DNA of 62,594 bases from Promethearchaeota archaeon Loki_b31 (GCA_005222975.1 NJBI01000012.1:1-62594), one strand, 5' to 3'. Positions 30,633 to 41,977 are shown, numbered from the stretch's first letter. Notes: generated by a model not told the origin, from the letters alone. A program made the numbers and translations.

Positions 30633-30914
30633 TTGACTTTCTACCTATCTCGCGACTTTAGCGCTATTTCTGCATTAATTGGTATAGGCACATTCCATAT
30701 GATGTTTGGATTTATTATAGACTCAAGATTTATAAAAGAATTAAGAATTATTTCACTAAATTTTCCTGCGATAATCATAATGGTTGGTGCATTACTCATT
30801 ATTTTAGCCTCTTTAATCAATCTTGAGAATTTCACTTTAAATGCTATTATAGGATGGATTTTTTTACTAATAATGAATATAGTTATGATGATAATTTCTC
30901 TAATATTTTTTTAA
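30633..30914 (+). pseudogene. Probable 5'-truncated membrane-protein fragment
   Basis: Hydrophobic ORF with no convincing start; begins at the compositional junction near 30655. Confidence 0.4.
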
Positions 30915-31066
30915 ATAGAGAAATTTCCACAGAATTTATTTATGTGTTTTGGATTGGAATTTTACTCGATTTTTTAACTATCTAATTTTCCATTTCTTTT
31001 ATTATAGAATAATTATTATTTATTATAAAATAGAAAGAAATAAAGAACCCATTTTAGGGATGAAAA

Positions 31067-31408
31067 ATGTATAAATGTAAAATTTGTGGAGAACCTATTG
31101 ATGATTACCAGTATGATAACTATAACCATATGTGTTCTTCATGTATAAGAACTGAAAAAGCGCAAAAAAATAGAAATCCAATTACAGGAAAAATCTTTCA
31201 ATTAACATCAGAAATAGAGTCTAGAAAAGATAATCATTGGGCTTTTTGGATGTTTCTCTGGTTCATTGTTGCGGGATTTATAGCAGTGTTTTTTTTACCC
31301 CCTTTAATTTTAATTAGCGTTGTTGGAATAATTGGAACTTATTCAATGTACAAATATATACAAAAGACAAAAGATTTAGAAGATGAATTAAAATCATTAG
31401 TAAAATAG
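31067..31408 (+). CDS. Zinc-finger membrane protein
   Basis: CKIC...CSSC N-terminus and two TM helices. Confidence 0.7.
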   Translation: MYKCKICGEPIDDYQYDNYNHMCSSCIRTEKAQKNRNPITGKIFQLTSEIESRKDNHWAFWMFLWFIVAGFIAVFFLPPLILISVVGIIGTYSMYKYIQKTKDLEDELKSLVK

Positions 31409-31443
31409 AGTTAAAAAAATTGAGTTCGGTATTCATTAATAGC

Positions 31444-32442
31444 TTATTTTGGTTTATTTAATTTTTTTAATTTGATTTTGTTTTCTTTATGTTCTTGTTG
31501 TTCTTGCTTTTTTTTAAATCTTTTAATTTGGTTATTGATTGCGATTTCTTCCTTTTTCCTTAATTCCTCATCGCTCAATACGATAGCTTTAAGTTCATCC
31601 TCGTTCATTGGTTTTAAAATATCTGTAACACTAAAGCCTTTGTTTTTCTCTGTGATTTCTCTGAATTTTGTTTTCATTTCTTTTATCACTAAAAGTTTAG
31701 CTGATGATCCTCGGCTCTGTATCAATGACGGTAATTCAGATCTTTTAATTCTTTCGATACCCGGTCCCAAAACTCTCTGGGGCGTGTGTATTGGCGGTCC
31801 GTAAGATATGGGGTTAACCGACATATTTTGCATGGTTAAGGTGAGATTTTTTAAATATAGCTCTATGTTTTTTAAAGTATCGTTGCTCTCTTTCATCATT
31901 GAAATTACAGATTGATCAGCAGAAATACTCTCAATACTATTTTTTTCGTAAATTATTGTTCTTTCTTCTTTATTTTGGTTGTAATCCGTCTTAATCGATT
32001 GTACTACTCTTTCTTGAGTGACTTTTCTTTTTTGACCTTTACCTAAACTTAGATCTATAAATTGAAAACCATCATAGCAATCGTCGTTAATTCCAATGTC
32101 TAATATGTTAAATTTCTCTGAAAATATATACTCGATTCGGTGCCCAGAATATAGATATATCGTTAGTTTTAAAACTTTAATCTGGATATCTGTATAACCC
32201 TGAATTTCATCTAATTCAATTGTAAAACATAGAAACTCGTTTGAGTGATAAATTTTTTTTATTGAAACCAGCGATGGAGATTGCTTGTAATAAATCTCTT
32301 GTTTAACAATCTTAGATACTTCAAACTGGAAATTCAATCGTTTAATCTTATCTGGAAGAAATTGAACTTGTTCTTCATCGTTTTTTTTAAATTCTAAAAA
32401 CAATTTCCTTTGATCGTCCCAAAAAACTTGGAACAATTCCAT
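31444..32442 (-). CDS. Hypothetical protein
   Basis: 332-aa ORF with a Pro-rich linker and a charged coiled-coil tail. Confidence 0.7.
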   Translation of the reverse strand: MELFQVFWDDQRKLFLEFKKNDEEQVQFLPDKIKRLNFQFEVSKIVKQEIYYKQSPSLVSIKKIYHSNEFLCFTIELDEIQGYTDIQIKVLKLTIYLYSGHRIEYIFSEKFNILDIGINDDCYDGFQFIDLSLGKGQKRKVTQERVVQSIKTDYNQNKEERTIIYEKNSIESISADQSVISMMKESNDTLKNIELYLKNLTLTMQNMSVNPISYGPPIHTPQRVLGPGIERIKRSELPSLIQSRGSSAKLLVIKEMKTKFREITEKNKGFSVTDILKPMNEDELKAIVLSDEELRKKEEIAINNQIKRFKKKQEQQEHKENKIKLKKLNKPK

Positions 32443-32607
32443 TTTTGGTTATAACCCTTAGTTTTTATCGTTAAATTTTTCAATCGATCTACTTATGTCT
32501 AAAATTTAATCTATCCTTTAAAATATCTCGACTTCACCAAATTATTGATTTTTAAGGGATTTATTTATTGAATAGACGAGATTCCTTGATAAAAAGAAAA
32601 TTAAAAA

Positions 32608-32994
32608 TTAATTTAATTTAAGTTTGGAAAAATAATATACTGGCTTTTTTAGTTTTACTTGAAAATATTCAATTTCTTCTTTTGATTGATCTCCAATATA
32701 TTTATTGACATCAAGTACTAAAATTGCGTCTTGATCGTGTAGTTTCCTTAGGGCAACCTCTTGGAGTTTGTCCCATTCTTCCACCGAAAATCTTTCTTTA
32801 TTTAATAATCCGTCAACCGAACAGATTTCGACAAGTTTTTTATAATTAATTTGTAAAATTGACTCGATCTTAACAAAATAATCCTTAAATCGCATAGAAC
32901 CTACTAAAAAGATTTTATTTTCTTTTATTTTTGAAAAATCGTAATCTTGGAACTCATCCAAGAAATTCTTATTTAACCGTTCTTCTTTTGGCAT
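32608..32994 (-). CDS. Nucleoside 2-deoxyribosyltransferase-like small Rossmann-fold protein
   Basis: GSMRF...DAILVLDVNKYIG.....EIEY pattern. Confidence 0.55.
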   Translation of the reverse strand: MPKEERLNKNFLDEFQDYDFSKIKENKIFLVGSMRFKDYFVKIESILQINYKKLVEICSVDGLLNKERFSVEEWDKLQEVALRKLHDQDAILVLDVNKYIGDQSKEEIEYFQVKLKKPVYYFSKLKLN

Positions 32995-33179
32995 AATATT
33001 TAATTTATTCTAATTATATTTAATTCTTCTATAGGGTTAGAAATATTTTTTAGAATTTTATCACATGAATATTATTCATTTTTTTACATGTCGTAAAGAG
33101 TATAATATACAAGATAGTAAAATCTTTTTTAAAAAATAATTTTCCTAAAAAAAAAATAAACAAAACTAGGTAAAAGTCT

Positions 33180-36100
33180 ATGGCTACTGCAATAGTTAAT
33201 TATGAAAATCTCTCTAATGAACAGATTTTAGCTAATTTTCAAGATGCAATATTAGAAAAAGTCAAAAGAGAATATAAAGAAAAAATTAAAAATGGAAAGG
33301 CATTGAAATCACATTATTTAAGAGTAGAAAGTGATCCCGAACCATACACTAGAAGAAAAATAGAGCCATTGATTCAAAAATTTCTTCCTTTTATTGATTT
33401 TGAAGCTGAAATTCATAAAAAAACCAGTTTAGGAAGACTCAAAAAACCAGATGCTTTTATTGGATCAAGGGATTTAAAAGTCAATAAAAATGTATTAATT
33501 GAATGGGAACCTTTCAATGAGGATTTGAGGGCAAAGAAAGAACATGGAGTGAACCAAGCTAAAGTTTGGATATCTGATATAAGCATTGGTCAATATCATG
33601 ATGCACTAGTTACAAATGGAAAAGATTGGATTTTTATAACAACTCAACAAATAAGAGATGAAATTAGAGTTATTGAACAGGATCTCACTGTTAAAAGCGC
33701 ATTAAAATTAATGGAAAATATCTATAATGTTAAAAAAGCATTTAAACCGCCTCTTGAAGAGAGTATCGATATTACAGAAAAATTTTATAATTGGTATGTA
33801 GCTTTAATTCACGGAGGAGAATATATTGATAAAAATAATGAAAGAAGAGTAATTTCTAAGCAGAATTGTTTATTTAATAATGTATTAAATACATCATCGA
33901 AAGAAGAAAAGGAAAAATTTATTAGAATTAATTTTACTCGCCTTATTTTTATAAGGATTTTAACGGAATATGGAATAATAAAGGAGGATATTCTTAATTT
34001 TTTAAAAGATACTAATCCAGAGGATTTTTATAATCGTATTAATCAATTATTTTTTGAAACTTTAAATACACCTCCAAAAGAGAGAGAGAATATCCCAAAA
34101 AAATATAAAGAAATTCCTTTTTTGAATGGAGGTTTATTTAGGAAAAAACCTATTGATTACAAAGGTCTAAAAATTCGCAAGGATGCATATGTTGATGCAA
34201 TAGAATTTCTGAGAACATTCCATTTTAAAAAAGAATATGAATATAATGAAAATAATTATTATATTGATAATACTATTGATCCTGAAATTTTAGGGCATAT
34301 TTTGGAAAAAACAATTGAAGATAGAAAGGAAAGTGGTGTATTTTATACTCCACAAGTAATAACCGAATTTATGGCAAATGATATTATTGAAAATTATCTA
34401 AAAGAAAAAATTATTGATTTTTTAAAAAAGAAAAATGACACTCAATGGAAGTATATTGACCATTTTAATGATATTTTTAATTTCAATAATCTAATCCTTA
34501 AAAAAATTTTTAATACTATTATAAAAAATATAAAAATATGTGATCCTGCAGTTGGAACTGGTGCATTTCTCTTAAGTTGTGGAAATAAACTTTTTCATAT
34601 AAGAAAAAAAATATTAAAAAAATTAGATATAAATGAAACTGATACTAAGATTAAAAAGGAGATTATTCAAGGAAATTTATATGGAGTAGATATCAAAGAA
34701 GTTGCTATAGATATTTGTAAATTAAGATTATGGTTATGGATAATTCAAAAAGGAGATGAAGGGCCACTACCAAATATAGATTTTAATATAAGAAAAGGAA
34801 ATTCTTTAGTTGGATATACTAATATAGAAACAATTAAAATCGATAAAGAGGACATTAGTTCTTGGCAAACTAAAGCAGATTTGATAAAAAATTTTTTAAA
34901 AAGAGTTACTTTAATAAAAAATTATTATTCTCTAAAAAATCCTTCAGAACACAAGATTGTCAAGAATAAAATTGATGAAATTACAAATATTTTTAATGGC
35001 AATTTAAATAAAGCTATAATTAATGAACTAGAAAAGGAAAAACTAAAAATTATTAAAGCTGAAATTTTAGATCTCAATGTATTTCATTGGATCATGGAAT
35101 TTTCAGAAGTTTTTGAAAAAAATAACGGATTTGATTTAATTATTGGAAATCCACCATATTTTCGGATTACTTCTGCTCCAAAGTTAGAACAAAAGGTTAT
35201 TGGAAAACTCGGTATTTTAAAGAAATATCATCATGGTCAAGGAGATATCTATTATGACTTTATTGTGCGCAGTTATGAATTGTTACGCCCAGGCGGGCAT
35301 TTTACTTTTATTACTTCAAGGTATTGGTTAGAATCAGCATATGCAAATTATTTAAAAAAATTTCTCAAGGAACAAGTAAATTTAATAAAAATTATCGATT
35401 TTAGAGAGCATCTTATTTTTAAAGGAGTAGATATTAATAACTTAATTCTATCATATACAAAAGAGCGCACGAAAAAAAGTAATGGCTCTTTTATAGTTTT
35501 CCTTAGTAGAGAGGATTTTACCTTGAAATCAAAATCTGGTAATTTAGTTGAATATTTAACTGAAATTGGAAAATTTAATATTGATAATTGGGAAAAAGAT
35601 GAAAATTGGGCTTTTGTTCCAAAAGAGCAAAAAGAATTATTTATGAAAATAAAAAGAATTAAAACTAAATTAAGAGATGATTATAACTGTAATCAATATT
35701 CAAATTCATTTAGAAAAAAACATAAACCAATATTAACATTTGAAGGAACACCAAACAATATTCCTGAAAAATATTTAAGAAAATATCGAAAAATGGGTGA
35801 AATTAAAAAATTTTCAGTTGATACGATTTATGATAAATATGTTATAGTACTACATAATTTAAGAGAAGCTTGGAATGATAAAACTTTAAATAGATACTTA
35901 ATAAGTAATAATGTTTCTAAAAATGATATTGTTGAGATAAAAAATGATAGTGATAAAAATATAGATAAATATGATGAAATCATCTATATTGCTTATCGGA
36001 TTAATAGATTAACCTACAATTTTATTTATAATGATGATCATACTTGGGTTGATAATACATATTTTATAACTAAAAAAAAATCAACTGCTTTTTCATTAAA

Positions 36101-36440
36101 ATATGTAGTTGCGATACTAAATTCTGAACTAATGAGATATTATATTGATGTTGTCGGAAAAAAAAAAGATTTCGAAATTGAAATTGGAGCAAATTTTATT
36201 AAAAATTTACCATTAATAGTGAAAAGAGCTTCTTTAAATCAAACTGATTTAAATATAATTGAAGAAATTGAAGAAAGCATATCAAAAATAATAAATTGTG
36301 AGAAACAAAATATAGGAATTGATAATTTAATAGAGGATCTGAATAAAAAAGTCTATGATTTGTATAGAATTAATAAAAATGAGCAAGTTTTAATAAAAGC
36401 TTACATAGCCGATACTTCCAATAAATTGTATAAAAATTGA
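33180..36440 (+). CDS. Type IIG (Eco57I-like) restriction-modification enzyme
   Basis: N-terminal PD..E nuclease region with LVTNG..W; GVFYTP, DPAVGTGAFL, YGVDI, GNPPY; C-terminal target-recognition domain; very AT-rich. Confidence 0.9.
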   Translation: MATAIVNYENLSNEQILANFQDAILEKVKREYKEKIKNGKALKSHYLRVESDPEPYTRRKIEPLIQKFLPFIDFEAEIHKKTSLGRLKKPDAFIGSRDLKVNKNVLIEWEPFNEDLRAKKEHGVNQAKVWISDISIGQYHDALVTNGKDWIFITTQQIRDEIRVIEQDLTVKSALKLMENIYNVKKAFKPPLEESIDITEKFYNWYVALIHGGEYIDKNNERRVISKQNCLFNNVLNTSSKEEKEKFIRINFTRLIFIRILTEYGIIKEDILNFLKDTNPEDFYNRINQLFFETLNTPPKERENIPKKYKEIPFLNGGLFRKKPIDYKGLKIRKDAYVDAIEFLRTFHFKKEYEYNENNYYIDNTIDPEILGHILEKTIEDRKESGVFYTPQVITEFMANDIIENYLKEKIIDFLKKKNDTQWKYIDHFNDIFNFNNLILKKIFNTIIKNIKICDPAVGTGAFLLSCGNKLFHIRKKILKKLDINETDTKIKKEIIQGNLYGVDIKEVAIDICKLRLWLWIIQKGDEGPLPNIDFNIRKGNSLVGYTNIETIKIDKEDISSWQTKADLIKNFLKRVTLIKNYYSLKNPSEHKIVKNKIDEITNIFNGNLNKAIINELEKEKLKIIKAEILDLNVFHWIMEFSEVFEKNNGFDLIIGNPPYFRITSAPKLEQKVIGKLGILKKYHHGQGDIYYDFIVRSYELLRPGGHFTFITSRYWLESAYANYLKKFLKEQVNLIKIIDFREHLIFKGVDINNLILSYTKERTKKSNGSFIVFLSREDFTLKSKSGNLVEYLTEIGKFNIDNWEKDENWAFVPKEQKELFMKIKRIKTKLRDDYNCNQYSNSFRKKHKPILTFEGTPNNIPEKYLRKYRKMGEIKKFSVDTIYDKYVIVLHNLREAWNDKTLNRYLISNNVSKNDIVEIKNDSDKNIDKYDEIIYIAYRINRLTYNFIYNDDHTWVDNTYFITKKKSTAFSLKYVVAILNSELMRYYIDVVGKKKDFEIEIGANFIKNLPLIVKRASLNQTDLNIIEEIEESISKIINCEKQNIGIDNLIEDLNKKVYDLYRINKNEQVLIKAYIADTSNKLYKN

Positions 36441-36739
36441 AAAATTATTTCTAAATATTGATTTTTATACTTCATAGCTATAGAAACTTTACCTAATTAA
36501 CGATTTGGATAAATAAAAGCTTTATTTTTACTAATTTTATGAGCTCTACTTTTTTTAAAAGTTAAAAATCTTAGTTTTTTGATAATATGAACGAAAATAA
36601 TTATTCAAATCAATGTTAATGATTAAATTTTTTGCTAATGAAAAACTCATTAAATTTCATTAGATAAGGAGTTGGATTTTGCATTATTATTAATTTGATG
36701 ATTATCAGTTAAAATTTAAAAAATAGAAAGAAAGCGGGA

Positions 36740-37942
36740 ATGAATAACCAAACTTACAATATCTTTATGCTAATTAAAGATTTAAAAAGAGAAATAAAAA
36801 AGATTCTTCATATTAAGGTATTATCTGATGAAAACTTAAGTCTGATTTTAGGACAGGCAAAATCGCATATTGAAACATTAAAAAATTCTTCAAGAAAAAG
36901 TATTTCATATCAAATAGCGGAGAAATTCATAGAAAGTTACAAAAATAATTTGAAAAATCATTTTAGAGACAAAAATAAGGACGTTATTAAATTTATAATC
37001 AAATATCAAGATTCTAACCTATTAAAATGGAGCAATTCAGAAAATTTAATTATGAATTTTCATCCTGATCTCAAATTTAATTACTTTAAGAATATTGATA
37101 CAAAAAAAAAAGCTTATTGGCTTGGTTGGATATTCGCTGAAGGATATTTATACAAAGACAAAACAAATAATGTTGTTAAATTTGGAGTAGAAATTAGCAA
37201 TGAAGACATTATTTTAATCAAAAGGTTCACGGCAGATATTGGATATAATCTAAAGCATAAACATATAAGAAAAGAAAGAAATTTAATTATGATATATACA
37301 TCCAGTAGAGTATTTGTTAAGCACTTAGTCGATCGGTTTACTAAAGATATTAATAAAGAAAGAGAAGAGATTATAGGAAAAATGAAATCAAAAAATATTG
37401 AATTACCTGAATTTGGGGAACGAAAACTTGATTTAGCGTTTCTACTTGGGTTTTACGATGGAGATGGGATTCAAGGAGAGACAGCTATCATATCTGGCAG
37501 CAAAATATTTTTAAAACAGATTAAGAAGAAATATAACATAATCCATAAAATCAGATTTACAAAGTCAGAATCTTTTTTTGAGGGTAGACTAATTAAGGGT
37601 TCTGCATGGCGTATGAGCTTGGGTGCGGAAATTTTTAACGAAATGATGAACAACTTTAAAAATAGTCTACCGAGAAAGAGAAAAGTTTTCAAAACAAAAG
37701 AAGAGAAGGTTATGATATTAGCTAAATATGCTAATAAACGAAAAAAGTTTCGATTTACTAAAGAACAACTTGAAGAACTCGTTTGGAAAATGCCATTAAA
37801 GGATATTGCAATTAACCATAAAAAATTATACGAAGTATCAATATCTACTGCTTTAATAAGTCAATATTGTAAAAAATGGAATATTAATAAACCTAATCGC
37901 GGTTATTGGAAGCCTAGGAGACAAATAGATATATCTGATTAG
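36740..37942 (+). CDS. Double-motif LAGLIDADG endonuclease-like protein
   Basis: [11 protein letters not shown] and [10 protein letters not shown] motifs; C-terminal HTH-like P.RGYW module. Confidence 0.8.
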   Translation: MNNQTYNIFMLIKDLKREIKKILHIKVLSDENLSLILGQAKSHIETLKNSSRKSISYQIAEKFIESYKNNLKNHFRDKNKDVIKFIIKYQDSNLLKWSNSENLIMNFHPDLKFNYFKNIDTKKKAYWLGWIFAEGYLYKDKTNNVVKFGVEISNEDIILIKRFTADIGYNLKHKHIRKERNLIMIYTSSRVFVKHLVDRFTKDINKEREEIIGKMKSKNIELPEFGERKLDLAFLLGFYDGDGIQGETAIISGSKIFLKQIKKKYNIIHKIRFTKSESFFEGRLIKGSAWRMSLGAEIFNEMMNNFKNSLPRKRKVFKTKEEKVMILAKYANKRKKFRFTKEQLEELVWKMPLKDIAINHKKLYEVSISTALISQYCKKWNINKPNRGYWKPRRQIDISD

Positions 37943-38159
37943 ATCGAAGGAATATTTAGGTTATCCTACTCAAAAACCCGAAAAATTACTCGAGCGTATA
38001 ATTTTAGCATCTTCAAATGAAGGAGATATATTTGCTGATTTTTTCTGTGGTTCTGGAACAACTCTATCAGTTGCCAAAAAGCTACATAGAAAATGGATTG
38101 GAGTAGATAATAATCCGAAAGCCATCAAATTGTGTAAAACAAGGTTAGAGTTGCCTTAA
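37941..38159 (+). pseudogene. C-terminal remnant of an N4/N6 DNA methyltransferase (beta class)
   Basis: Frame without a start codon: [72 protein letters not shown], containing the SAM motif DFFCGSGTT. Confidence 0.85.
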
Positions 38160-38221
38160 CATCATGTTTTTAATGCTTATCCATACAATTAATATTAATG
38201 ATGAAAAGGACTAATGATAAT

Positions 38222-39511
38222 TTAAAAAGATTCTGCTCCTAACGATAAATAGGCAAACCTAGCAACTGCAGCTAAAATTTGGCTATAGAAGATTAACATC
38301 AAAATCCCTATTATTAGGAAAGAACAAAAGGTTATAAGAACAAAATAATCTAATTTTTTAATTTTTTTAGAGGCTCTCTTATAATGTTTAATTTTTTCGT
38401 ACCTATAATAAAGAACAATTGAAGAAATTGCAATTGAAATGATAGAATTAAGGTAAATTAGGGATTTTACTATAGAAAAACCGTACTTCCATACAATAAT
38501 TCCATTTCTATTTACCTCTAAAATTATTCCGTTATAAGCACTACTAATTAGGATATTTCCATTATCTAATAAATCTGCTTCGTAAGGAATAATTAAATCT
38601 TGAGCAAAACTCCACACAATTTGTTTACTGTCTTTATTAACCTCTATAATTCTACTGTTACTACTATCTGTAATTAATATATTTCCATTATACAGCTCGT
38701 CAGCGTCTCTCGGCCAATTCAATCCTTGGTCTAACTTCCACACTACTTCTTTTGTTGTATAATTAATTTCAATAATTCGATCGTTTCCAGAATCAGAGAT
38801 AATTATATTTCCACTATCTAAATAATCGGGATTATGTTGTCTAAATAAGAGAGTGTGGTTTTCGTAATCACCATACCACCAGATTATATTATCTGAATTA
38901 TTTGGGTCGTTAAAATCTGCGGTGTAATTAACCTCTATTATCAAATCAAAATTTCTTATAGAAATTAAACATGAATTCCAGGTACTATATTGTTTAAAAT
39001 CCACATCGTTAAGATGGGACCAGTCATAAGTTAAAGGATTATTATAATAATGATCGGGGCCCCATTCAGGATTAACTTTTGTCCAATTTATTTGTGCGGG
39101 CTCCCAACTCCAAATTATACTCTTATTAGGGTAATTCACTTCTATTACTCTATTATAACCCGTATCGGCAATTAATAAATGCCCGTTAGGCAATTCTAAA
39201 ACCTCGTGAGGATATGCCAATCCCCTTAATTCCCAGATTACATTTCCCTCGGGATCGACTTCGTATACTTTATGGGCAGGGTTATTCGGTTCTACTGGAT
39301 TTAGATCATCAATTCTATTTAAGTGATTCAACATTTCAGAAAAAGAAGCAGATACTATTAATGTATTTCCATTAGACTTTCGGTCAGCATCGTGAGGGAC
39401 ATCAATCAATTCAAGGTTATTAAATACAAAAAACATTATCATATTTGAAGATAACAATAAGATTATAAAAAATAGTAGAACTCTGTACCTTAATCTTAAT
39501 TTTCTTAACAT
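38222..39511 (-). CDS. Arylsulfotransferase-like beta-propeller membrane protein
   Basis: WSHLNDVD, QHNPD, WPRDAD repeats; N- and C-terminal TM helices. Confidence 0.75.
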   Translation of the reverse strand: MLRKLRLRYRVLLFFIILLLSSNMIMFFVFNNLELIDVPHDADRKSNGNTLIVSASFSEMLNHLNRIDDLNPVEPNNPAHKVYEVDPEGNVIWELRGLAYPHEVLELPNGHLLIADTGYNRVIEVNYPNKSIIWSWEPAQINWTKVNPEWGPDHYYNNPLTYDWSHLNDVDFKQYSTWNSCLISIRNFDLIIEVNYTADFNDPNNSDNIIWWYGDYENHTLLFRQHNPDYLDSGNIIISDSGNDRIIEINYTTKEVVWKLDQGLNWPRDADELYNGNILITDSSNSRIIEVNKDSKQIVWSFAQDLIIPYEADLLDNGNILISSAYNGIILEVNRNGIIVWKYGFSIVKSLIYLNSIISIAISSIVLYYRYEKIKHYKRASKKIKKLDYFVLITFCSFLIIGILMLIFYSQILAAVARFAYLSLGAESF

Positions 39512-39618
39512 AAATTAGATTTTGCTTTTATTATTTAAATAAGTTTCGCGTAGTTTTATAAATGAATGAAGAATTATAAAAAATATTTGATAATGCAAAA
39601 AAAATAGAGAATTTCAAA

Positions 39619-40704
39619 ATGACTGAAACAAACATATATTTCGAAAATAATGCCAATCTAGAAAAGATAAAAGATAAGAAAATTGCAATAATAGGGTATG
39701 GAAATCAAGGAAGGGCTCAAGCACTTAACCTAAGAGACAGCGGTCTAGATGTGATAATTGGTAATAAAGAAGATTCTTACAAAGAAAAGGCTATGAAGGA
39801 TGGTTTTAAAATATTCAACATCTCTGAGGCTGTAAAGCGCGCAGATATTGTCTTTCTACTAACTCCAGACGAGACCATGCCCGAAATGTTTGAAAAAGAA
39901 ATTGTGCCAAATCTTAAGGATGGAGCTTGTATAAATTTTGCAAGTGGATATAACATTGCTTTCAATCTCATAAATCCTCCAGATAACATTGATGTAATAA
40001 TGATCGCTCCGCGCATGATAGGTGTTGGTGTCAGAGAAAATTACCTTAATGGAGAAGGTTTTTACAGCTTTATTGGAGTACATCAAGAAGTAACTGGAAA
40101 TGCTAAACAAATATTATTAGCACTTGCAAAAGCACTAGGAACTCTGAAAAAAGGGGGTGTTGAAATATCAATGAAACAAGAAGCTATATTAGATTTGTTC
40201 AATGAACAGGCGTTTGGTCCTGCATTTGGAAGAGTTCTTTTAACATGCATTAAAGTCTTAATTAAAAATGGTCTTCCTCCTGAGGCAGTTCTTATTGAAA
40301 TGTACATGAGTAATGAAATGTCATATACTTATCAAAAAATGGCTCAAATAGGTCTCGTGAAGCAAACAAATTTCCATTCTCATACTTCTCAATATGGAGC
40401 AATGTCAAGAGGAGTTAGATATATAAATCTGCCTTTGGAAGAGAAAATGCAAAGGTCTTATGATGAGATAGCGTCTGGAAAATTTGCAAAAGAATGGTCT
40501 GGAAAAGTCTCAAAACTTAAATTCAAAATTATAAAATATTTTGCCATGAAACAAGAAATAAACAAGATTGAACAAGAAGTCCGCAAAAATTTAAAATTGA
40601 AAGATTTTGATGTATACTCCGCCCCTGAGAATATTGAAGAACTCTTAAAAAAACCTGAGGTCAAAAACGAGTTAAAAAACATCATGGATTCTTTTGAATT
40701 TTAG
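39619..40704 (+). CDS. ilvC: Ketol-acid reductoisomerase-family protein
   Basis: IIGYGNQGRAQALNLRDSG, MIAPR, DLFNEQ, HSHTSQYG. Confidence 0.88.
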   Translation: MTETNIYFENNANLEKIKDKKIAIIGYGNQGRAQALNLRDSGLDVIIGNKEDSYKEKAMKDGFKIFNISEAVKRADIVFLLTPDETMPEMFEKEIVPNLKDGACINFASGYNIAFNLINPPDNIDVIMIAPRMIGVGVRENYLNGEGFYSFIGVHQEVTGNAKQILLALAKALGTLKKGGVEISMKQEAILDLFNEQAFGPAFGRVLLTCIKVLIKNGLPPEAVLIEMYMSNEMSYTYQKMAQIGLVKQTNFHSHTSQYGAMSRGVRYINLPLEEKMQRSYDEIASGKFAKEWSGKVSKLKFKIIKYFAMKQEINKIEQEVRKNLKLKDFDVYSAPENIEELLKKPEVKNELKNIMDSFEF

Positions 40705-40740
40705 CATTTATTAAGGCGTTAAATTGCCTTTGAAAGAGAT

Positions 40741-41571
40741 GTGTTTAAAATGGCTAATGAAAATATTGTCATTGGATTAATTATTGGAATAATTGCTTAT
40801 ATCTGTCTTGATATAGGGAAAGGAATCCAAAAGTATGCAATTGAAGGTTTTAAAGAAGAAAACTCTATTAAGAAAAAAAATTCTGGAATATGGGTCGTTG
40901 GAACTATTTTAACAAGTTTATACATGTTCATCCAATGGGCTGCTTTATTTTTTGCCCCAATTAATATCGTAGCTCCATTAGAAGGTGTTGGGCTAATTAT
41001 TCTTTTACTTTTTTCTTATTATATCTTAAAAGAACATATAACCCCTATTGAAATTAGCGGTGTTTTTTTCATAATTATAGGAACTGTTTTAGTAACACTG
41101 TTTAACATAAATGTTGGAAGCCTTAACATGAGTAATTTCAACCTACTTTTTTTCTTGTGTTTTTCTATAATTATTCTCGTAATTGAGTCGATTTTTATTT
41201 TTATATCTAAATTAAATGATTATAAATTCGTTGGAATAATTATTGCGCTTACAGCAGGAACCACTAATGCATTGCAAACTGTTTCAAAGCGGATTACAAC
41301 TATTCCCGAAATGACACTATATTTCACATTAGCTACATTTATTTTTGCGCCATCAACTTTGCTTATAACTCAATACGCCTTTACTAAAGCAAAAGCTAAT
41401 CAAGTTGTACCTTGTTTTACTTCTACTAGCATTATTTTGGCTTCCTTAATGAGTGTTTTAACTTTAAATGGAAGTATTAGCTGGATTCAAGTTATTGGAA
41501 TCATTGTAATTGTAATTGGGATTATTTTAATTTCAGCATTTCAAAAAGAAAGCGAAAACTTAACTAAATAA
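40741..41571 (+). CDS. DMT/EamA-like membrane transporter
   Basis: About nine TM helices; API.IVAPL pattern; likely start is the ATG at 40750. Confidence 0.75.
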   Translation: MFKMANENIVIGLIIGIIAYICLDIGKGIQKYAIEGFKEENSIKKKNSGIWVVGTILTSLYMFIQWAALFFAPINIVAPLEGVGLIILLLFSYYILKEHITPIEISGVFFIIIGTVLVTLFNINVGSLNMSNFNLLFFLCFSIIILVIESIFIFISKLNDYKFVGIIIALTAGTTNALQTVSKRITTIPEMTLYFTLATFIFAPSTLLITQYAFTKAKANQVVPCFTSTSIILASLMSVLTLNGSISWIQVIGIIVIVIGIILISAFQKESENLTK

Positions 41572-41596
41572 AAATAAGTCGTTAAATAATCTTTCA

Positions 41597-41977
41597 TTAA
41601 TCCTTTTTAAAAATTATATCTTCAATACCAATCCATTCTTTGGCGTCCTCAAGGTTGGATACGATTTTCCTTTTAGAAGATTCAGCGTGCTCTAGAAGAT
41701 ATTTGAATTCTACGCCTAATGGTGGATTTTTCGAGATTATAAATGCAGATTTGTTAAGTTTTTCATTATTTCGTTTTAATAAATCTAAGATTGTATCGAT
41801 TGACTCTATCCGTAAAAGAATCGCTTCGGTAATGTCGATAATTACATTCAAATTCTCGTGAATATCTTTAGTTAAATCCTCAAATTCTATTACAAATCTT
41901 TCTGCTACAGGTAAAGGGAAAGTTCCAATTGCTTTTATGTAAAAACTATCGTCACCTATTTTCTCAATTTGATACAT
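41597..41977 (-). CDS. STAS/SpoIIAA-like hypothetical protein
   Basis: C-terminal V.NLEDAKEWI pattern; alpha/beta layout. Confidence 0.5.
   Translation of the reverse strand: MYQIEKIGDDSFYIKAIGTFPLPVAERFVIEFEDLTKDIHENLNVIIDITEAILLRIESIDTILDLLKRNNEKLNKSAFIISKNPPLGVEFKYLLEHAESSKRKIVSNLEDAKEWIGIEDIIFKKD

Noticed and set aside
10409-36440. Sec read-through at other TGA-terminated ORFs (ends at 10867, 12618, 24765, 28311, 36440)
   Set aside because: No redox motif context or SECIS-like hairpin noticed downstream; TGA behaves as a normal stop there.
36740-37942. LAGLIDADG ORF as an intein or intron-encoded element
   Set aside because: No N-terminal Cys/Ser or C-terminal His-Asn splicing motifs, and no upstream host exon found.
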